Source: an uncultured Clostridia bacterium (GTDB lineage: Bacteria > Bacillota > Clostridia > Christensenellales > UBA1242). From it: a stretch of DNA of 64,000 nucleotides. The stretch is from contig CAKNIB010000006.1 in NCBI GenBank assembly GCA_930979925.1, forward strand, positions 1,233-65,232, given 5' to 3'. A model generated the notes under the pieces. That model made no database searches and had not been told where the DNA came from. It worked only from the letters and a program-made list of their open reading frames with translations. Made by a program: the position numbers and the translations under genes. Every line of letters starts with the position of its first letter. The stretch's first letter is position 1. Shown here in pieces: positions 10,134 through 20,663 of the stretch.

Positions 10134-10520
10134 CTACAATATCAAATCATCTTTAGGCGAGCTTTCATCGCTCCCACTGCTACTGTCTTCTTTTTTGCTA
10201 GCAACGCCTGCAATACCTGACATCAAATCGGATAGTGATTGATTTTTGCCACTTAGCAGTGATAATAGCATAGGCATCATGTTTTGGTTATTAAAATTTT
10301 GATTGTTGAAAAAGTTGTTGTTTTGATTATTTTGACTTGTTTCTCTTTGATTTTCTTCTGCGCTGTTATGGATATCTCCTGGATAATAGTCAAAAGCAGG
10401 GTTAGAATTATTTTGCCCGCTCGTACTTGCCTGCGAATTGTTCTGCCCGCCAGACATATTATTTTGCCCAAATCCTCCCATAAGCATTTTAGAGAACATT
10501 TCAAAGATAGAGTTATCCAT
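10134..10520 (-). CDS. Low-complexity Q/N/S-rich hypothetical protein
   Basis: The ORF on the minus strand has its own downstream terminator. The sequence is dominated by GQNN/NNQN runs. The start is uncertain: MDNSIFEMF at 10520 or the track start at 10595, and neither has a good SD. Confidence 0.4.
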   Translation of the reverse strand: MDNSIFEMFSKMLMGGFGQNNMSGGQNNSQASTSGQNNSNPAFDYYPGDIHNSAEENQRETSQNNQNNNFFNNQNFNNQNMMPMLLSLLSGKNQSLSDLMSGIAGVASKKEDSSSGSDESSPKDDLIL

Positions 10521-10615
10521 ATTAAGATATATTCGAAAAGCAGTCAGAAGTTGACAAAAAGAAAATAGCTGTGAAATAATCCTTTTTCTTTGCATATATT
10601 GAAATAGGAGTAAAC

Positions 10616-10885
10616 ATGAAACTATCAGATTTTAAAGGGCAAGAAACCAAGGCTCAAAAACCTCAAAACAATATTAAAGAAGACGATATTATGGAAAAAT
10701 ATAATTCCTACAAGGACTTATCAAGCGACCAGTTAAATCAGGAGCTTTTCAAAGAGGTAGCAAAACAAAAGCAAAACGGCAGTTTTGACTACCAAAAGCT
10801 TGAAAACATGGTGGAGGGCTTGAAAGGCTCCCTTTCTCCAGAAAATTATCAGAATGTAAAAAGGATACTAGAAAGCTTAAAATGA
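10616..10885 (+). CDS. Hypothetical small hydrophilic protein
   Basis: The protein is 89 aa with the SD TAGGAG. It overlaps the downstream S8 protease gene by ATGA, so the two are translationally coupled. Confidence 0.5.
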   Translation: MKLSDFKGQETKAQKPQNNIKEDDIMEKYNSYKDLSSDQLNQELFKEVAKQKQNGSFDYQKLENMVEGLKGSLSPENYQNVKRILESLK

Positions 10886-12042
10886 TAAATGCCAAAGTAG
10901 ATAAAGTTTTACGTAATATTGTTGAATTTTTAGAAGAAGACAAGAAATCCGAGTGCATAGTAAAGGCGTTTGATTACACAAGACTTAAAAACATATTGTT
11001 ACATAAGAAGATTGAAATATTAGATGAATATTTATTCATAAAATCCTTTCGCATAAAAGCTACAAGAAAACAAATTTCTAATCTCTCCAACTTAAGCCAA
11101 GTCAAGTTTATCTCTTCCGTCAGCACTGCTTCCATGATGATGCAGATAGCAAAAAAGATATTAAAGACAGAGGAGCTTAACCTAACAGGTAAGGGCATAA
11201 ATATAGCCTTTATTGACACTGGGATAATTGAACATGGTGATTTTTGTATAGGTGAAAAAAGAATAAAATATTTTAAAGATTTTATAAACGGCAAAGAAAA
11301 TCCTTATGACGACAACGGTCATGGAACCTTTGTTGCAGGCGTGTGCAGTGGCAACGGTGCACTGTCCGGCGGGAAATTTAGCGGGATAGCTCCAAGGTCA
11401 AATATAATATCACTCAAGGCATTAAATGGACTTGGCGAAGCTTCAGCCGACAAGATTTTAAACGCTATGGAGTGGGTGTACAACAATCACCGCGAATATG
11501 ACATTAAAATTGTATGCATGAGTTTTGGTAGCGACCCTCTTGGCTTTAACGACCCAATCATGGCAGGCGCCGAGGCACTTTGGAAGGAGGGTGTTGTTGT
11601 GGTTGCAGCTGCCGGCAACAGCGGTCCAGAATTTCAGACAATAAAAAGCCCGGGAGTGTCTAGCCAGATAATCACGGTAGGTGGCTTTGATGACAACCGA
11701 ATTGATAATAATACATATAACGCCGACTATTTTGAGGTTGCAGACTTTTCCTCGCGCGGACCTGCTTTTTCAAGATTTAAACCCGACCTAGTTGCGCCTT
11801 CTGTTGACATAGTCTCCTGCGGACGAGATAAGCCGTACATAACCTTAAGTGGTACCTCTGTCGCAACACCAATGGTGGCAGGCTTATGCGCACTGCTACT
11901 TGAAAACAATAAAGACCTAAGCCCACTTGAAGTTAAAAGAGCACTTTTGACCTGTGCCAAACCTATTACATATAATAAAAACCTTGAAGGCTTTGGCTAT
12001 CCAGAATTAAGTGAATTACTGTATAAAACTAATAAAAAATAA
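10882..12042 (+). CDS. Subtilisin-like serine protease (peptidase S8) with an N-terminal pro-region and no signal peptide
   Basis: The D/H/S triad motifs are present: AFIDTGI, GHGTFVAG, SGTSVATPMVAG. No hydrophobic N-terminus is present, so it is probably intracellular or Csp/Isp-like. Confidence 0.8.
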   Translation: MINAKVDKVLRNIVEFLEEDKKSECIVKAFDYTRLKNILLHKKIEILDEYLFIKSFRIKATRKQISNLSNLSQVKFISSVSTASMMMQIAKKILKTEELNLTGKGINIAFIDTGIIEHGDFCIGEKRIKYFKDFINGKENPYDDNGHGTFVAGVCSGNGALSGGKFSGIAPRSNIISLKALNGLGEASADKILNAMEWVYNNHREYDIKIVCMSFGSDPLGFNDPIMAGAEALWKEGVVVVAAAGNSGPEFQTIKSPGVSSQIITVGGFDDNRIDNNTYNADYFEVADFSSRGPAFSRFKPDLVAPSVDIVSCGRDKPYITLSGTSVATPMVAGLCALLLENNKDLSPLEVKRALLTCAKPITYNKNLEGFGYPELSELLYKTNKK

Positions 12043-12169
12043 TTAAATAAATTCGACAAAAATCTTAAAAAATAATTAAAAATAAATGATTTATTTTAAA
12101 ATATTGTTTTAATTAGATAAAATATAATAAAAATAGTCTAATAAATAAAAAATAATGGCAAAATTTCCA

Positions 12170-13219
12170 TTATTTTTTAATATTTTCTTCAATTATTTCT
12201 ATAATTTTTTCGCAGGCGTCATTTTTTGCTACTTTTTCCATATTTTTAATGTATTTTTCTCGATTTTTATATAAATTATTTATCTTTATTAAAAACATTT
12301 CATCATCATAATCTTCTTCTTGCAATATGTCGGCGTAACCTAAACTATTAAATAATTTAGCATTTTCTATTTGGTCGCCTCTTGAACATTTCTTAGAAAG
12401 AGGTATAAGTAACATAGGTTTTGCGAGGGCTAAAAACTCGTTAATTGCTCCCGAGCCCGCTCTTGATAGCACAATATCTGCAAGATTTAAATAGTCCTCT
12501 ATATTGTCAGCATATTCCACTTGAAAATATCCACTACATTTTGCATCCTTTACTACTTGTTTTCCAGTTATGTGGATAACATTAAAATTTTTTGTCAATT
12601 TTTCAATATTTTTTAAAACCTTGTCATTTATAAATTTCGCACCGCTAGAGCCACCAACAACAAGCAAATTAGGTTTATTTTTGTCTCGCTTCTCATAAAT
12701 GGATAGATTTTTCTTATTCCCTTTAAATAGCTTGCCTCTTATCGGCTGACCGGTATAGAGACATTTTTTGTCAGCCTCCGCTGTCTTTTCAAAAGAGGTA
12801 CACATAACAGAGCAACAGCGCAGTATTATTTTATTTGCAAGTCCCATTGATAAGTCTGACTCGTGACTAATTATAGGTATTTTTAAACTTTTCCCAGCAA
12901 TAGCGACCGGCACGGCAACAAATCCGCCTTTTGAGAAAATACAGTCAGGTTTTATGTTTTTTAGTATTTTCTTTGCCTCTCTTACTGCCTTTAAAAGTTT
13001 AAAAGGTATAAGCAGATTTTTAAAGGTTAGCTTGCGCACAAGTTTTACTGTGTCTATTTTGTGGTAGACAATGCTTTTGTCTTTTGCGACAATTTCCTTT
13101 TCCATGCCATTGCCACCGATATAGTGTACCTCATAATCTTTGCCGAGCTTTTCCCTAACCGCAAGGGCAGGGTAGACGTGCCCCGCCGTGCCTCCTCCTG
13201 TTAAAACAATAATTTTCAT
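12170..13219 (-). CDS. murG: UDP-GlcNAc:undecaprenyl-PP-MurNAc-pentapeptide GlcNAc transferase MurG
   Basis: The N-terminus MKIIVLTGGGTAGHVYPALAV is typical, and the fold reads as GT28. I chose the ATG at 13219 with SD AGGAG; the track's 39-aa N-terminal extension is rejected. Confidence 0.9.
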   Translation of the reverse strand: MKIIVLTGGGTAGHVYPALAVREKLGKDYEVHYIGGNGMEKEIVAKDKSIVYHKIDTVKLVRKLTFKNLLIPFKLLKAVREAKKILKNIKPDCIFSKGGFVAVPVAIAGKSLKIPIISHESDLSMGLANKIILRCCSVMCTSFEKTAEADKKCLYTGQPIRGKLFKGNKKNLSIYEKRDKNKPNLLVVGGSSGAKFINDKVLKNIEKLTKNFNVIHITGKQVVKDAKCSGYFQVEYADNIEDYLNLADIVLSRAGSGAINEFLALAKPMLLIPLSKKCSRGDQIENAKLFNSLGYADILQEEDYDDEMFLIKINNLYKNREKYIKNMEKVAKNDACEKIIEIIEENIKK

Positions 13220-13478
13220 ACTAACTCCTATATGTATTTTACTCAGTTTTAAACAAAATATGCCAAAATTCGACAGATTAATATCTATACAAAATAATGC
13301 ATAATTATGCAGCAGGATGTATAAATATAAGCTCAAAATATATGCTATATTTTTGAAATTATTAAGAAAAAATGAAATTATCAGCGATAAAAAGATAATA
13401 AAAAATAACGATAGAGTGGATTTTTAATTGTTAAAAATGTGAAATTATGTTATACTAGAAAAGAAATTAGGAGTTTAT

Positions 13479-15431
13479 ATGTCAAAACAAGAATATGATG
13501 CAACGAATATTGTGGTACTAGAAGGACTTGACGCTGTCCGCCTTCGCCCAGGTATGTATATAGGTACAACGGGGTCAAAAGGTATGCACCATCTTTTGTG
13601 GGAGATTGTGGATAACGCTATTGACGAGATAGCGAACGGCTACGGCGATACTATAACAATCACACTCAATACAGACAACTCTGTAACAGTAGAGGATAAT
13701 GGTCGTGGTATACCAGTGGACGAGCATCCAACTCTTCACAAATCAGGTGTTGAGGTTGTTTATACAACTTTGCACGCAGGCGGTAAATTTAACACAGACA
13801 ACTATAAATTCTCAGGCGGACTACATGGCGTTGGTGCTTCAGTTACAAACGCTCTTTCAAAGTGGTGTAATGTAACGGTATATAAGGGTGGCAAAGAGTA
13901 CTATATTGGCTTCCATTCTTACCAGGATGAAAATGGTAAAATGCACAGTGGAATTCCAATTGAGCCACTTAAAATGGTTGGTAAGACAAAAAAGACAGGA
14001 ACTAAGGTTACCTTCTTGCCAGATAGCGATATGTTTGGCAACATCCGCTTTAATTTTGAAACTATTTGCACTCGCGCAAGAGAACTTGCCTTTTTAAATA
14101 AAGGGCTCCGAATTGAGATAAAAGATTTAAATACCGATAGAGATGAAATATATCATTATGAGGGTGGTATTGCAGACTTCGTTGAGTATTTGGTAGAAGG
14201 TAAAAGCAAACTTTTCAATAAACCTGTTTATTTTGAAGCGGAAGATAAAAATTTTGACCTCCAGGTAGCCTTTATCTATACCGATAGCTATACAGAAAAC
14301 TCTTTCTCTTTTGTCAATAATATTCCAACGATTGAGGGCGGAACTCATGAGACAGGCTTTAAGAGCGCCTTTACAAAGGTGATGAATGAGTACGCACGTA
14401 ACAATAACTTTTTAAAAGAAAAGGAACAAAACCTGCTTGGAGAGGACTTTAGAGAAGGTATAACTGTCGTTCTCAATGTCAAAATGAATAATGTCCAGTT
14501 TGAAGGACAGACAAAAACCAAACTTGGCAACCCTGAGGCTAAAACTCTGGTTGAAAACTTGACAATTAAAAAACTTTCAGAGCTTTTAAAAGACAAAAAG
14601 ATGTCAACTACTGCAGAAGTAATTGTCAACAAGGCAAAGGGCGCAGCTAAGGTAAGAGAGGCGGCAAAGAAGGCAAAGGAGCTAACGCGCGCCAAAAACT
14701 CAGCTGAAAACTTTAATCTTGTTGGGAAACTTGCCGCAGCAACCTCTAAAAACCGAGAAAATGCCGAACTATTTATAGTCGAAGGTGACTCAGCTGGTGG
14801 CTCGGCAAAACAAGGACGTGATAGACGTTTTCAAGCTATTCTACCTCTTAGAGGTAAACCTCTTAACGCTGAGAAAAAGAGGATTGACCAAGTGCTTGCA
14901 AATGAGGAGATACGTACAATTATTTCGGCGCTTAATACAGGTATAGGCGAGGACTTTGACCTTTCAAGCCTAAGATATAATAAAGTAATTATTCTATCCG
15001 ATGCCGACCAAGACGGCGCTCATATCAGAGCCATTCTTTTAACCTTCTTCTTTAGATACATGCGCGAACTTATCAATGACGGACATGTTTTTATCGGACT
15101 GCCTCCACTTTACAAGGTGTACAAAAAAGATTACACCGAGTATGTTTACTCAGATGCCGAGCTCCCAGAGGCTATCGCTCGTGCTGGACGAAACTATAGC
15201 CTTCAACGTTATAAAGGTTTAGGCGAGATGAACCCAGACCAACTTTGGGAGACCACTATGGACCCAGAAAAGCGTAATCTCGTGCAAGTCACCATTGAGG
15301 ACGCCGCAGAAGCTGAGAGGATGGTTACAACTCTAATGGGTGACGATATTGAAGCAAGAAAAAAATATATCAACGAGCATGCAAACTTTGACCGTGAAGA
15401 CGAATTCCTTAAGAATTACAAAAAGATATAA
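13479..15431 (+). CDS. parE: Type IIA topoisomerase B subunit, most likely topoisomerase IV ParE
   Basis: The GHKL ATPase (EIVDNAIDE, GLHGVGAS) and Toprim (EGDSAGGSAKQGRDR, PLRGK) domains are present. The ParE assignment follows from the partner A subunit (see parC) and from the absence of dnaA/dnaN/recF context. Confidence 0.65.
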   Translation: MSKQEYDATNIVVLEGLDAVRLRPGMYIGTTGSKGMHHLLWEIVDNAIDEIANGYGDTITITLNTDNSVTVEDNGRGIPVDEHPTLHKSGVEVVYTTLHAGGKFNTDNYKFSGGLHGVGASVTNALSKWCNVTVYKGGKEYYIGFHSYQDENGKMHSGIPIEPLKMVGKTKKTGTKVTFLPDSDMFGNIRFNFETICTRARELAFLNKGLRIEIKDLNTDRDEIYHYEGGIADFVEYLVEGKSKLFNKPVYFEAEDKNFDLQVAFIYTDSYTENSFSFVNNIPTIEGGTHETGFKSAFTKVMNEYARNNNFLKEKEQNLLGEDFREGITVVLNVKMNNVQFEGQTKTKLGNPEAKTLVENLTIKKLSELLKDKKMSTTAEVIVNKAKGAAKVREAAKKAKELTRAKNSAENFNLVGKLAAATSKNRENAELFIVEGDSAGGSAKQGRDRRFQAILPLRGKPLNAEKKRIDQVLANEEIRTIISALNTGIGEDFDLSSLRYNKVIILSDADQDGAHIRAILLTFFFRYMRELINDGHVFIGLPPLYKVYKKDYTEYVYSDAELPEAIARAGRNYSLQRYKGLGEMNPDQLWETTMDPEKRNLVQVTIEDAAEAERMVTTLMGDDIEARKKYINEHANFDREDEFLKNYKKI

Positions 15432-15556
15432 AAATTGGTTTTAAAAAAACAACTCAATAAAAATTTTAGCAAAATAGCAAAAACAGACAATAATATTACA
15501 AAAAAATAAACGTTTAAATGAAATTTTGATGGTTTTTCAAAATTATAGGAGAATAT

Positions 15557-18040
15557 ATGGACAATAACTACGAGCAAGAGAAGATGAATTATGGAGAGGA
15601 GAATATAGAGCCAGAACAAACTCAAGAGGACAGCTCTTCTGGCTCAAACGGCGAGCGCGGTATAATTTACAAAAGCATGAGCGAGGTTCTTCATGATTCT
15701 ATGATACCTTATACCGAAACGGTTGTCATGGATAGAGCATTGCCTCGTGTCGAGGACGGACTTAAACCTGTTCAGCGTAGAATACTTTACTCAATGCTTG
15801 AGCTTGGAGTAACTCCTGACAAGCCATACAGAAAGTCGGCAAGAATTGTGGGCGACTGCCTTGGTAAATATCATCCACATGGCGATAGTTCGGTATATGA
15901 TGCAATGTGTCGTATGGCACAAGATTGGGTTCTTCGCGCGCCTCTTGTTGACGGACATGGTAACTTTGGCTCAATAGATGGTGACAGTCCAGCTGCTATG
16001 CGTTACACTGAGACCAGACTTACTCCACTTGCCATGGAGCTTATGCGCGACCTTGAAAAGGATACGGTAAGATGGAGCCTCAACTTTGACGACTCACTCA
16101 AAGAGCCAGACATGATGCCGGGCAGGTTCCCAAATCTTCTTATAAACGGCGCAACAGGTATTGCGGTCGGTGTAGCAACAAATATTCCGCCACATAATTT
16201 AGGCGAGGTGATAGACGGCGTTGTAGCATATATTAATAATCCTAATATAAAGATAGAACAACTTATGAAGATAATCAAGGCTCCAGACTTTCCAACAGGC
16301 GGGGAGATTATCGACGTAGACGGAGGACTAGAGCAGGCGTACCGCACAGGAAAGGGTAAGTTGCAAATTCGAGCAAAGGTTTCGGTCGAGAAAACGGGCG
16401 ATAGATGTAATCTTGTAATTACCGAGTTCCCTTACCAAGTCAACAAGGCACAAGTGCTTCAAAAGATAGCCGAACTTAAAGAGCAAAACAAGGACAAGCT
16501 TTCTGCTATCACCGAAATACGTGACGAGTCAGATAGAAATGGCATTCGCGGTGTTATCAGACTTAAGAAGGATGCCGACCCAAAAAAGATACTAGAGTAT
16601 CTATATAAATCAACAAACTTGCAAATTTCCTATGGTATTAATATGGTTGCAATAGCAGGTGGCAAACCAAAACTATTAAACCTGCTTGAAATAGTTTCAT
16701 ATTACGCTCAGTACCAACGTGAAATTATTGTTAGACGCACAAAATATGACCTAAATCTTGCAAAAGAGCGCGCTCATATTGTAGAAGGTCTTTTAATTGC
16801 TATAAAAAATATTGATGAAGTTATTAAAATTATTAAAAAATCAGCATCAGTAAGCGAGGCAAAACAAAAATTAAAAGAAAAGTTTAACCTTTCAGATAAG
16901 CAAGCGCAAGCAATCTTAGATATGCGTCTTGCAAGACTTGTTCACCTAGAAGTGACCAAACTTCAAGAAGAGCTTGCCGAGCTTAAGAAGAAAATTGCCG
17001 AGTATGAGGCTATACTTGCCTCTAAAAAAGAGCAGTTTGAGGTAGTTAAAAAAGAAATACTTGAAATTAAACGTAACTATAACAACCCTCGCAAGTCTCA
17101 TATTACAGGTGACTCATCAATCGTGTTTGAAACAGTAAAGGATGATGTGGATATCGCAGATACCAAAAACTATGTGGTCGCAATTACTGCTGGAAATACT
17201 ATAAAGAAAGTGACCGCTAAAAACTACTCTATGTCTCAAAAATCACTTACCGACAACTCTACCTTGACCGACGTTTCACTTCAGGTTGAAACTTTCTCAG
17301 GCAATGATACCATTCTTATCTTCACAAGTCAGGGTAACGCAATTAAGACCACAGTCTCTGCACTTAAGGAGTGCAAGTGGCGAGATAAAGGTGCAAGCCT
17401 GCTATCAATAGACAAGTCAGTTATTCTTAATGAAGTACCTGTGAAGATAATGAAGGCAGATGGCAACGGCTCAATATTATTCTTTACAAAACAAGGTATG
17501 GTTAAGAAGAGCGAGGCAAAAGATTTAATAGTAAATAAGTCCTTCTATCAAGTTTGTAAGTTAAATGACGTTGATGAGGTCAAAAATGTCGAACTTGACA
17601 AAAATGGCAAGTCAATTTTGATGCTCACTCGAAAAGGTATGTCACTTAACTTTGAAAAGAGCGATATCCCAACTCAAGGTCGTATTTCAGGTGGCGTAAG
17701 AGGAATAAATCTTGATGATGGTGATAGCGTAATTTTTGCAAAACAGATTGACTTTAGCGATATCGTTGTTATAACCGATAATGGCTATATTAAGAAGCTT
17801 CCTGTCAGCGAGTTCCCACTAGCACAACGCTACCGCAAAGGACTAAAATATATAAACTTTGCTAAGAACTGCCAAAATGTATTCTACGCAATAGATGTCG
17901 AGCCTACCTCAGTGCTTGCGGTAGACTTTGGTTTAAAGATACTCCCTATGGAGACTAAGAAAATACCAACCTCAGAACGTCTCACCACTGGCGCCGAGGT
18001 AATCAAAAAGAACTTCTTTACAATAAATAAGATGATATAG
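15557..18040 (+). CDS. parC: Type IIA topoisomerase A subunit, most likely topoisomerase IV ParC
   Basis: The active-site region AMRYTE is present. The motif reads [14 protein letters not shown], and I recall Q here as ParC-like where GyrA has KPVHRR. I could find no GyrA box (QRRGGKG) in the C-terminal domain. There is an acidic N-terminal extension of about 40 aa. Confidence 0.65.
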   Translation: MDNNYEQEKMNYGEENIEPEQTQEDSSSGSNGERGIIYKSMSEVLHDSMIPYTETVVMDRALPRVEDGLKPVQRRILYSMLELGVTPDKPYRKSARIVGDCLGKYHPHGDSSVYDAMCRMAQDWVLRAPLVDGHGNFGSIDGDSPAAMRYTETRLTPLAMELMRDLEKDTVRWSLNFDDSLKEPDMMPGRFPNLLINGATGIAVGVATNIPPHNLGEVIDGVVAYINNPNIKIEQLMKIIKAPDFPTGGEIIDVDGGLEQAYRTGKGKLQIRAKVSVEKTGDRCNLVITEFPYQVNKAQVLQKIAELKEQNKDKLSAITEIRDESDRNGIRGVIRLKKDADPKKILEYLYKSTNLQISYGINMVAIAGGKPKLLNLLEIVSYYAQYQREIIVRRTKYDLNLAKERAHIVEGLLIAIKNIDEVIKIIKKSASVSEAKQKLKEKFNLSDKQAQAILDMRLARLVHLEVTKLQEELAELKKKIAEYEAILASKKEQFEVVKKEILEIKRNYNNPRKSHITGDSSIVFETVKDDVDIADTKNYVVAITAGNTIKKVTAKNYSMSQKSLTDNSTLTDVSLQVETFSGNDTILIFTSQGNAIKTTVSALKECKWRDKGASLLSIDKSVILNEVPVKIMKADGNGSILFFTKQGMVKKSEAKDLIVNKSFYQVCKLNDVDEVKNVELDKNGKSILMLTRKGMSLNFEKSDIPTQGRISGGVRGINLDDGDSVIFAKQIDFSDIVVITDNGYIKKLPVSEFPLAQRYRKGLKYINFAKNCQNVFYAIDVEPTSVLAVDFGLKILPMETKKIPTSERLTTGAEVIKKNFFTINKMI

Positions 18041-18080
18041 ATTTGAAACGATTTATCATTAATTATAATATGATACAGAA

Positions 18081-18113
18081 AAAGCAGATACTAAAATTAG
18101 TATTTGCTTTTTT
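18081..18113 (+). terminator. Rho-independent terminator after parC
   Basis: The stem is GCAGATACT/AGTATTTGC (one G-U pair), followed by TTTTTT. Confidence 0.7.
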
Positions 18114-18313
18114 GGTTTCATTTTCTCTTAAAAAATTTAAAATAAAAAACTCATATTTATTGGGCTTAAAGAATAGACTAAAAGTGAATAACTGAAGCTA
18201 TATAAAAAAATATTTCAAAATTCGACATAAACATACAAAATAACAACAATATGTTACATTTTTCTTTTTTGAAATTTCTTTATAATAGTCTATCATTAAA
18301 AGCGAGGTTTGTA

Positions 18314-19078
18314 ATGCCATTCTGCGTAATCAAATCAAGAACCATTAAAATATTTTTAGCTATGCTCACAGTCGTTGTACTTCTTTGTGTATCTTTTGAA
18401 GGAGGCGCCGCAGCCCAGGTTTGGTTTGGCTCGTCGTCAAGACTTGTACCAATCTATAGGGTTGATACCGAGGAAAAACAGGTAGCCATATCCTTTGACG
18501 CCGCATGGGGTGCCGACAAAACACAGGAGATACTTGACATTCTCAAGGAGTACAACGTAACAGCCACTTTCTTTCTTGTAGGTTTTTGGGTAGATAAATA
18601 TCCTGAAATGGTCAAGACAATAGACGATGCGGGCATGGAGATAGGAACTCATTCCAACACCCATCCTGACATGGCGAAACTTGACGCGTCAACGATAAGA
18701 AGTGAGCTTGAAACTTGTATGAATAAGATTACAGATATAACAAGCAAAGAGGTTAAAGTATTCCGCGCACCGTATGGGTCGTATAACAATACTCTTTTAA
18801 AAACTGCTTCCAACCTAGGATTGCAAACAGTGCAGTGGGATGTTGACTCTCTTGACTGGAAGGGGCTTTCGGCAAGTGAAGTGACTGACCGCGTTATGAA
18901 ACACACTCAAAATGGTTCGATAATACTCATGCATAACAATGCTGACCATGTATGTGACTCACTTAGACTTACTCTTGATTGGCTTACAATGAAGGGGTAT
19001 AAAGTTACAAGTGTAGGGGAATTAATATATAGCGAAGGATATACAATAGACGCAAATGGCGAGCAACATAAAGAATAA
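18314..19078 (+). CDS. Polysaccharide deacetylase (NodB homology domain; PdaA/PdaB-like)
   Basis: An N-terminal TM or signal segment is followed by the NodB motifs FDAAWGAD and THSNTHPD. I chose the start MPFCVIKS at 18314. Confidence 0.75.
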   Translation: MPFCVIKSRTIKIFLAMLTVVVLLCVSFEGGAAAQVWFGSSSRLVPIYRVDTEEKQVAISFDAAWGADKTQEILDILKEYNVTATFFLVGFWVDKYPEMVKTIDDAGMEIGTHSNTHPDMAKLDASTIRSELETCMNKITDITSKEVKVFRAPYGSYNNTLLKTASNLGLQTVQWDVDSLDWKGLSASEVTDRVMKHTQNGSIILMHNNADHVCDSLRLTLDWLTMKGYKVTSVGELIYSEGYTIDANGEQHKE

Positions 19079-19090
19079 AAGGAGAAATAA

Positions 19091-19759
19091 ATGGAACACA
19101 TGACAGCAATTACTAAACCAAACAATAGAGGACAGATTGTTGGGGTATTACAAGAAAAGCCGGAGAACATATTTGAGGTAGAAGGCGAAAGATTTTACGA
19201 AGGAAAGATAGCCGTAGAGCGATTGTCAGAGGCGGTAGATGTTCTCCCCTTTACAATATCAGAGAAACTAGTTGATGCATACCACCTTAAACTTGATAAA
19301 GGGTTAAAAGTAGCCTTTGGCGGAGAATTACGCTCATATAACCGTGTGGTTGATAATAAAAGTAGACTAATACTGTCATTTTTTGTCAAAGAGGTTTTAG
19401 ATGAGGTAGATAGTGATATAACAAATACTCTATCTCTCACAGGATATATTTGTAAGGAGCCAAATTATCGCACAACGCCTTTTAATCGTCAAATATGTGA
19501 TATTTTAATTGCTGTCAATAGACCAAATTTTAATAAGTCAGATTATATACCTTGCATACTTTGGGGACGCAACGCAAAGCTTATGCAAAATCAAAAGATA
19601 GGAACAAAGGTAAATTTAATAGGCCGCATTCAATCACGCAATTATAAGAAAGAGGTAAGCGCGGGTGTTTTTGAAGAAAAGACAGCCTATGAGGTATCTT
19701 GCCAGAAATTGCAGATAGAAGAGAAGAAAGAGGAAACCGCAGACATCGTCGGCGCATAA
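19091..19759 (+). CDS. Tandem OB-fold, SSB-like protein
   Basis: Two SSB-like halves are visible, for example LSLTGYICKEPNYRTTPFNRQICDILIAVNR...IPCILWGRNA...VNLIGRIQSRNY. This call rests on pattern only. Confidence 0.45.
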   Translation: MEHMTAITKPNNRGQIVGVLQEKPENIFEVEGERFYEGKIAVERLSEAVDVLPFTISEKLVDAYHLKLDKGLKVAFGGELRSYNRVVDNKSRLILSFFVKEVLDEVDSDITNTLSLTGYICKEPNYRTTPFNRQICDILIAVNRPNFNKSDYIPCILWGRNAKLMQNQKIGTKVNLIGRIQSRNYKKEVSAGVFEEKTAYEVSCQKLQIEEKKEETADIVGA

Positions 19760-19780
19760 AAATAACATTTAGTTTATTTA

Positions 19781-19842
19781 AAAAACACAATACCAATGAT
19801 TGAAGTAAACCGTACTTCTTAATCTAGGTATTGTGTTTTTTT
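19781..19842. terminator. Bidirectional forked terminator between convergent genes
   Basis: The outer stem is CACAATACC/GGTATTGTG, flanked by an A-run and a T-run. An inner hairpin GAAGTA/TACTTC sits inside it. Confidence 0.65.
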
Positions 19843-19856
19843 ATTGTTACAAAGTT

Positions 19857-20009
19857 TTAGTTTAATGTGTTTTGGGCGCATTCCGAGACCTTAACTTCAA
19901 ATTTTTGCCCATTATTAAAGATGATAATAAATTTATTGTCCTCTTTAACAACTACAGCATTTAGGTCCTCATCAAAGGCAATGCTTAAGATATCTAGTAT
20001 ATCCTCCAT
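19857..20009 (-). CDS. Hypothetical 50-aa protein
   Basis: A strong SD AAGGAGGAG precedes the internal ATG (MEDILDILSIAF...), so I prefer this start over the track start at 20084. The gene is divergent from the XRE-type gene. Confidence 0.4.
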   Translation of the reverse strand: MEDILDILSIAFDEDLNAVVVKEDNKFIIIFNNGQKFEVKVSECAQNTLN

Positions 20010-20204
20010 ATGCTCCTCCTTTGCAAAAAATTTTTTATAACTATTTACTAGCGGTAGAAAGCCTACACAAGTATTATAACTCATTTTTTATTACAATAAA
20101 AGAGAATTATTTAGCTAGTTTTGTCGATTTTTAAGCTTTTTTAACGAATAAATGCACATTATAGATAAATAATCGAATTTATTGCTTTAAAAAGGGGATT
20201 TATA

Positions 20205-20642
20205 ATGAAATTTGCTGAAATACTTGGTGACTTAATAATAGAAAGCGGATTATCTAAAAGAAAGGTGGCTTTAGGGTGTCATATAACGACTTCACAAATG
20301 GCTTCTTTCTTAAGAGGGGCAATTCCTAGCGTGGCAAGTGCAGTAAGAATTGCCTGCTATTTTAACTGCTCTTTAAATTATCTTATGGGGCTCGACGAAC
20401 AAAAAGACCAAACTAAAATTATCAGAAAAGATTATGATTTTGATGGATTTTTAGATAGATATAACAAAATGCTAGAGTCAAACAAGATTACACACTGGAA
20501 ACTTTGTCAAAATATTGATATAAGCGAGTCGGTTGGTCGGGGATGGAGAAAGGGCGCAAAACCAAAACTTGAGTCGCTTTTCAAAATTGCGAACTATTTA
20601 AACTGCTCTATTGACTACCTTTTAGGAAGAGCAAAGAGCTAA
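20205..20642 (+). CDS. XRE-family transcriptional regulator with two tandem HTH domains
   Basis: Two HTH_3-like repeats are present, each ending in ...YFNCSLNYLMG and ...NYLNCSIDYLLG. Confidence 0.7.
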   Translation: MKFAEILGDLIIESGLSKRKVALGCHITTSQMASFLRGAIPSVASAVRIACYFNCSLNYLMGLDEQKDQTKIIRKDYDFDGFLDRYNKMLESNKITHWKLCQNIDISESVGRGWRKGAKPKLESLFKIANYLNCSIDYLLGRAKS

Positions 20643-20663
20643 ATGGTGTAAATATTAAGTACA

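Noticed and set aside
10284-10568. 94-aa plus-strand ORF opposite the Q/N-rich gene
   Set aside because: It has no SD. It would run into the 10616 gene's SD and start region, and the terminator geometry at 10062-10098 serves the minus strand. I prefer the minus-strand ORF, with modest confidence.
13479-18040. Calling the topoisomerase pair gyrB/gyrA
   Set aside because: The A subunit has KPVQRR rather than KPVHRR, and I find no GyrA box (QRRGGKG) in its C-terminal domain. The locus also lacks the dnaA-dnaN-recF context. parE/parC is more likely, though only a phylogeny would settle it.
19857-20642. Small divergent ORF plus tandem-HTH XRE regulator as a toxin-antitoxin pair
   Set aside because: The genes are divergent rather than co-transcribed, and the small protein has no recognisable toxin or antitoxin motif. 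Nothing beyond the size pattern supports the idea.
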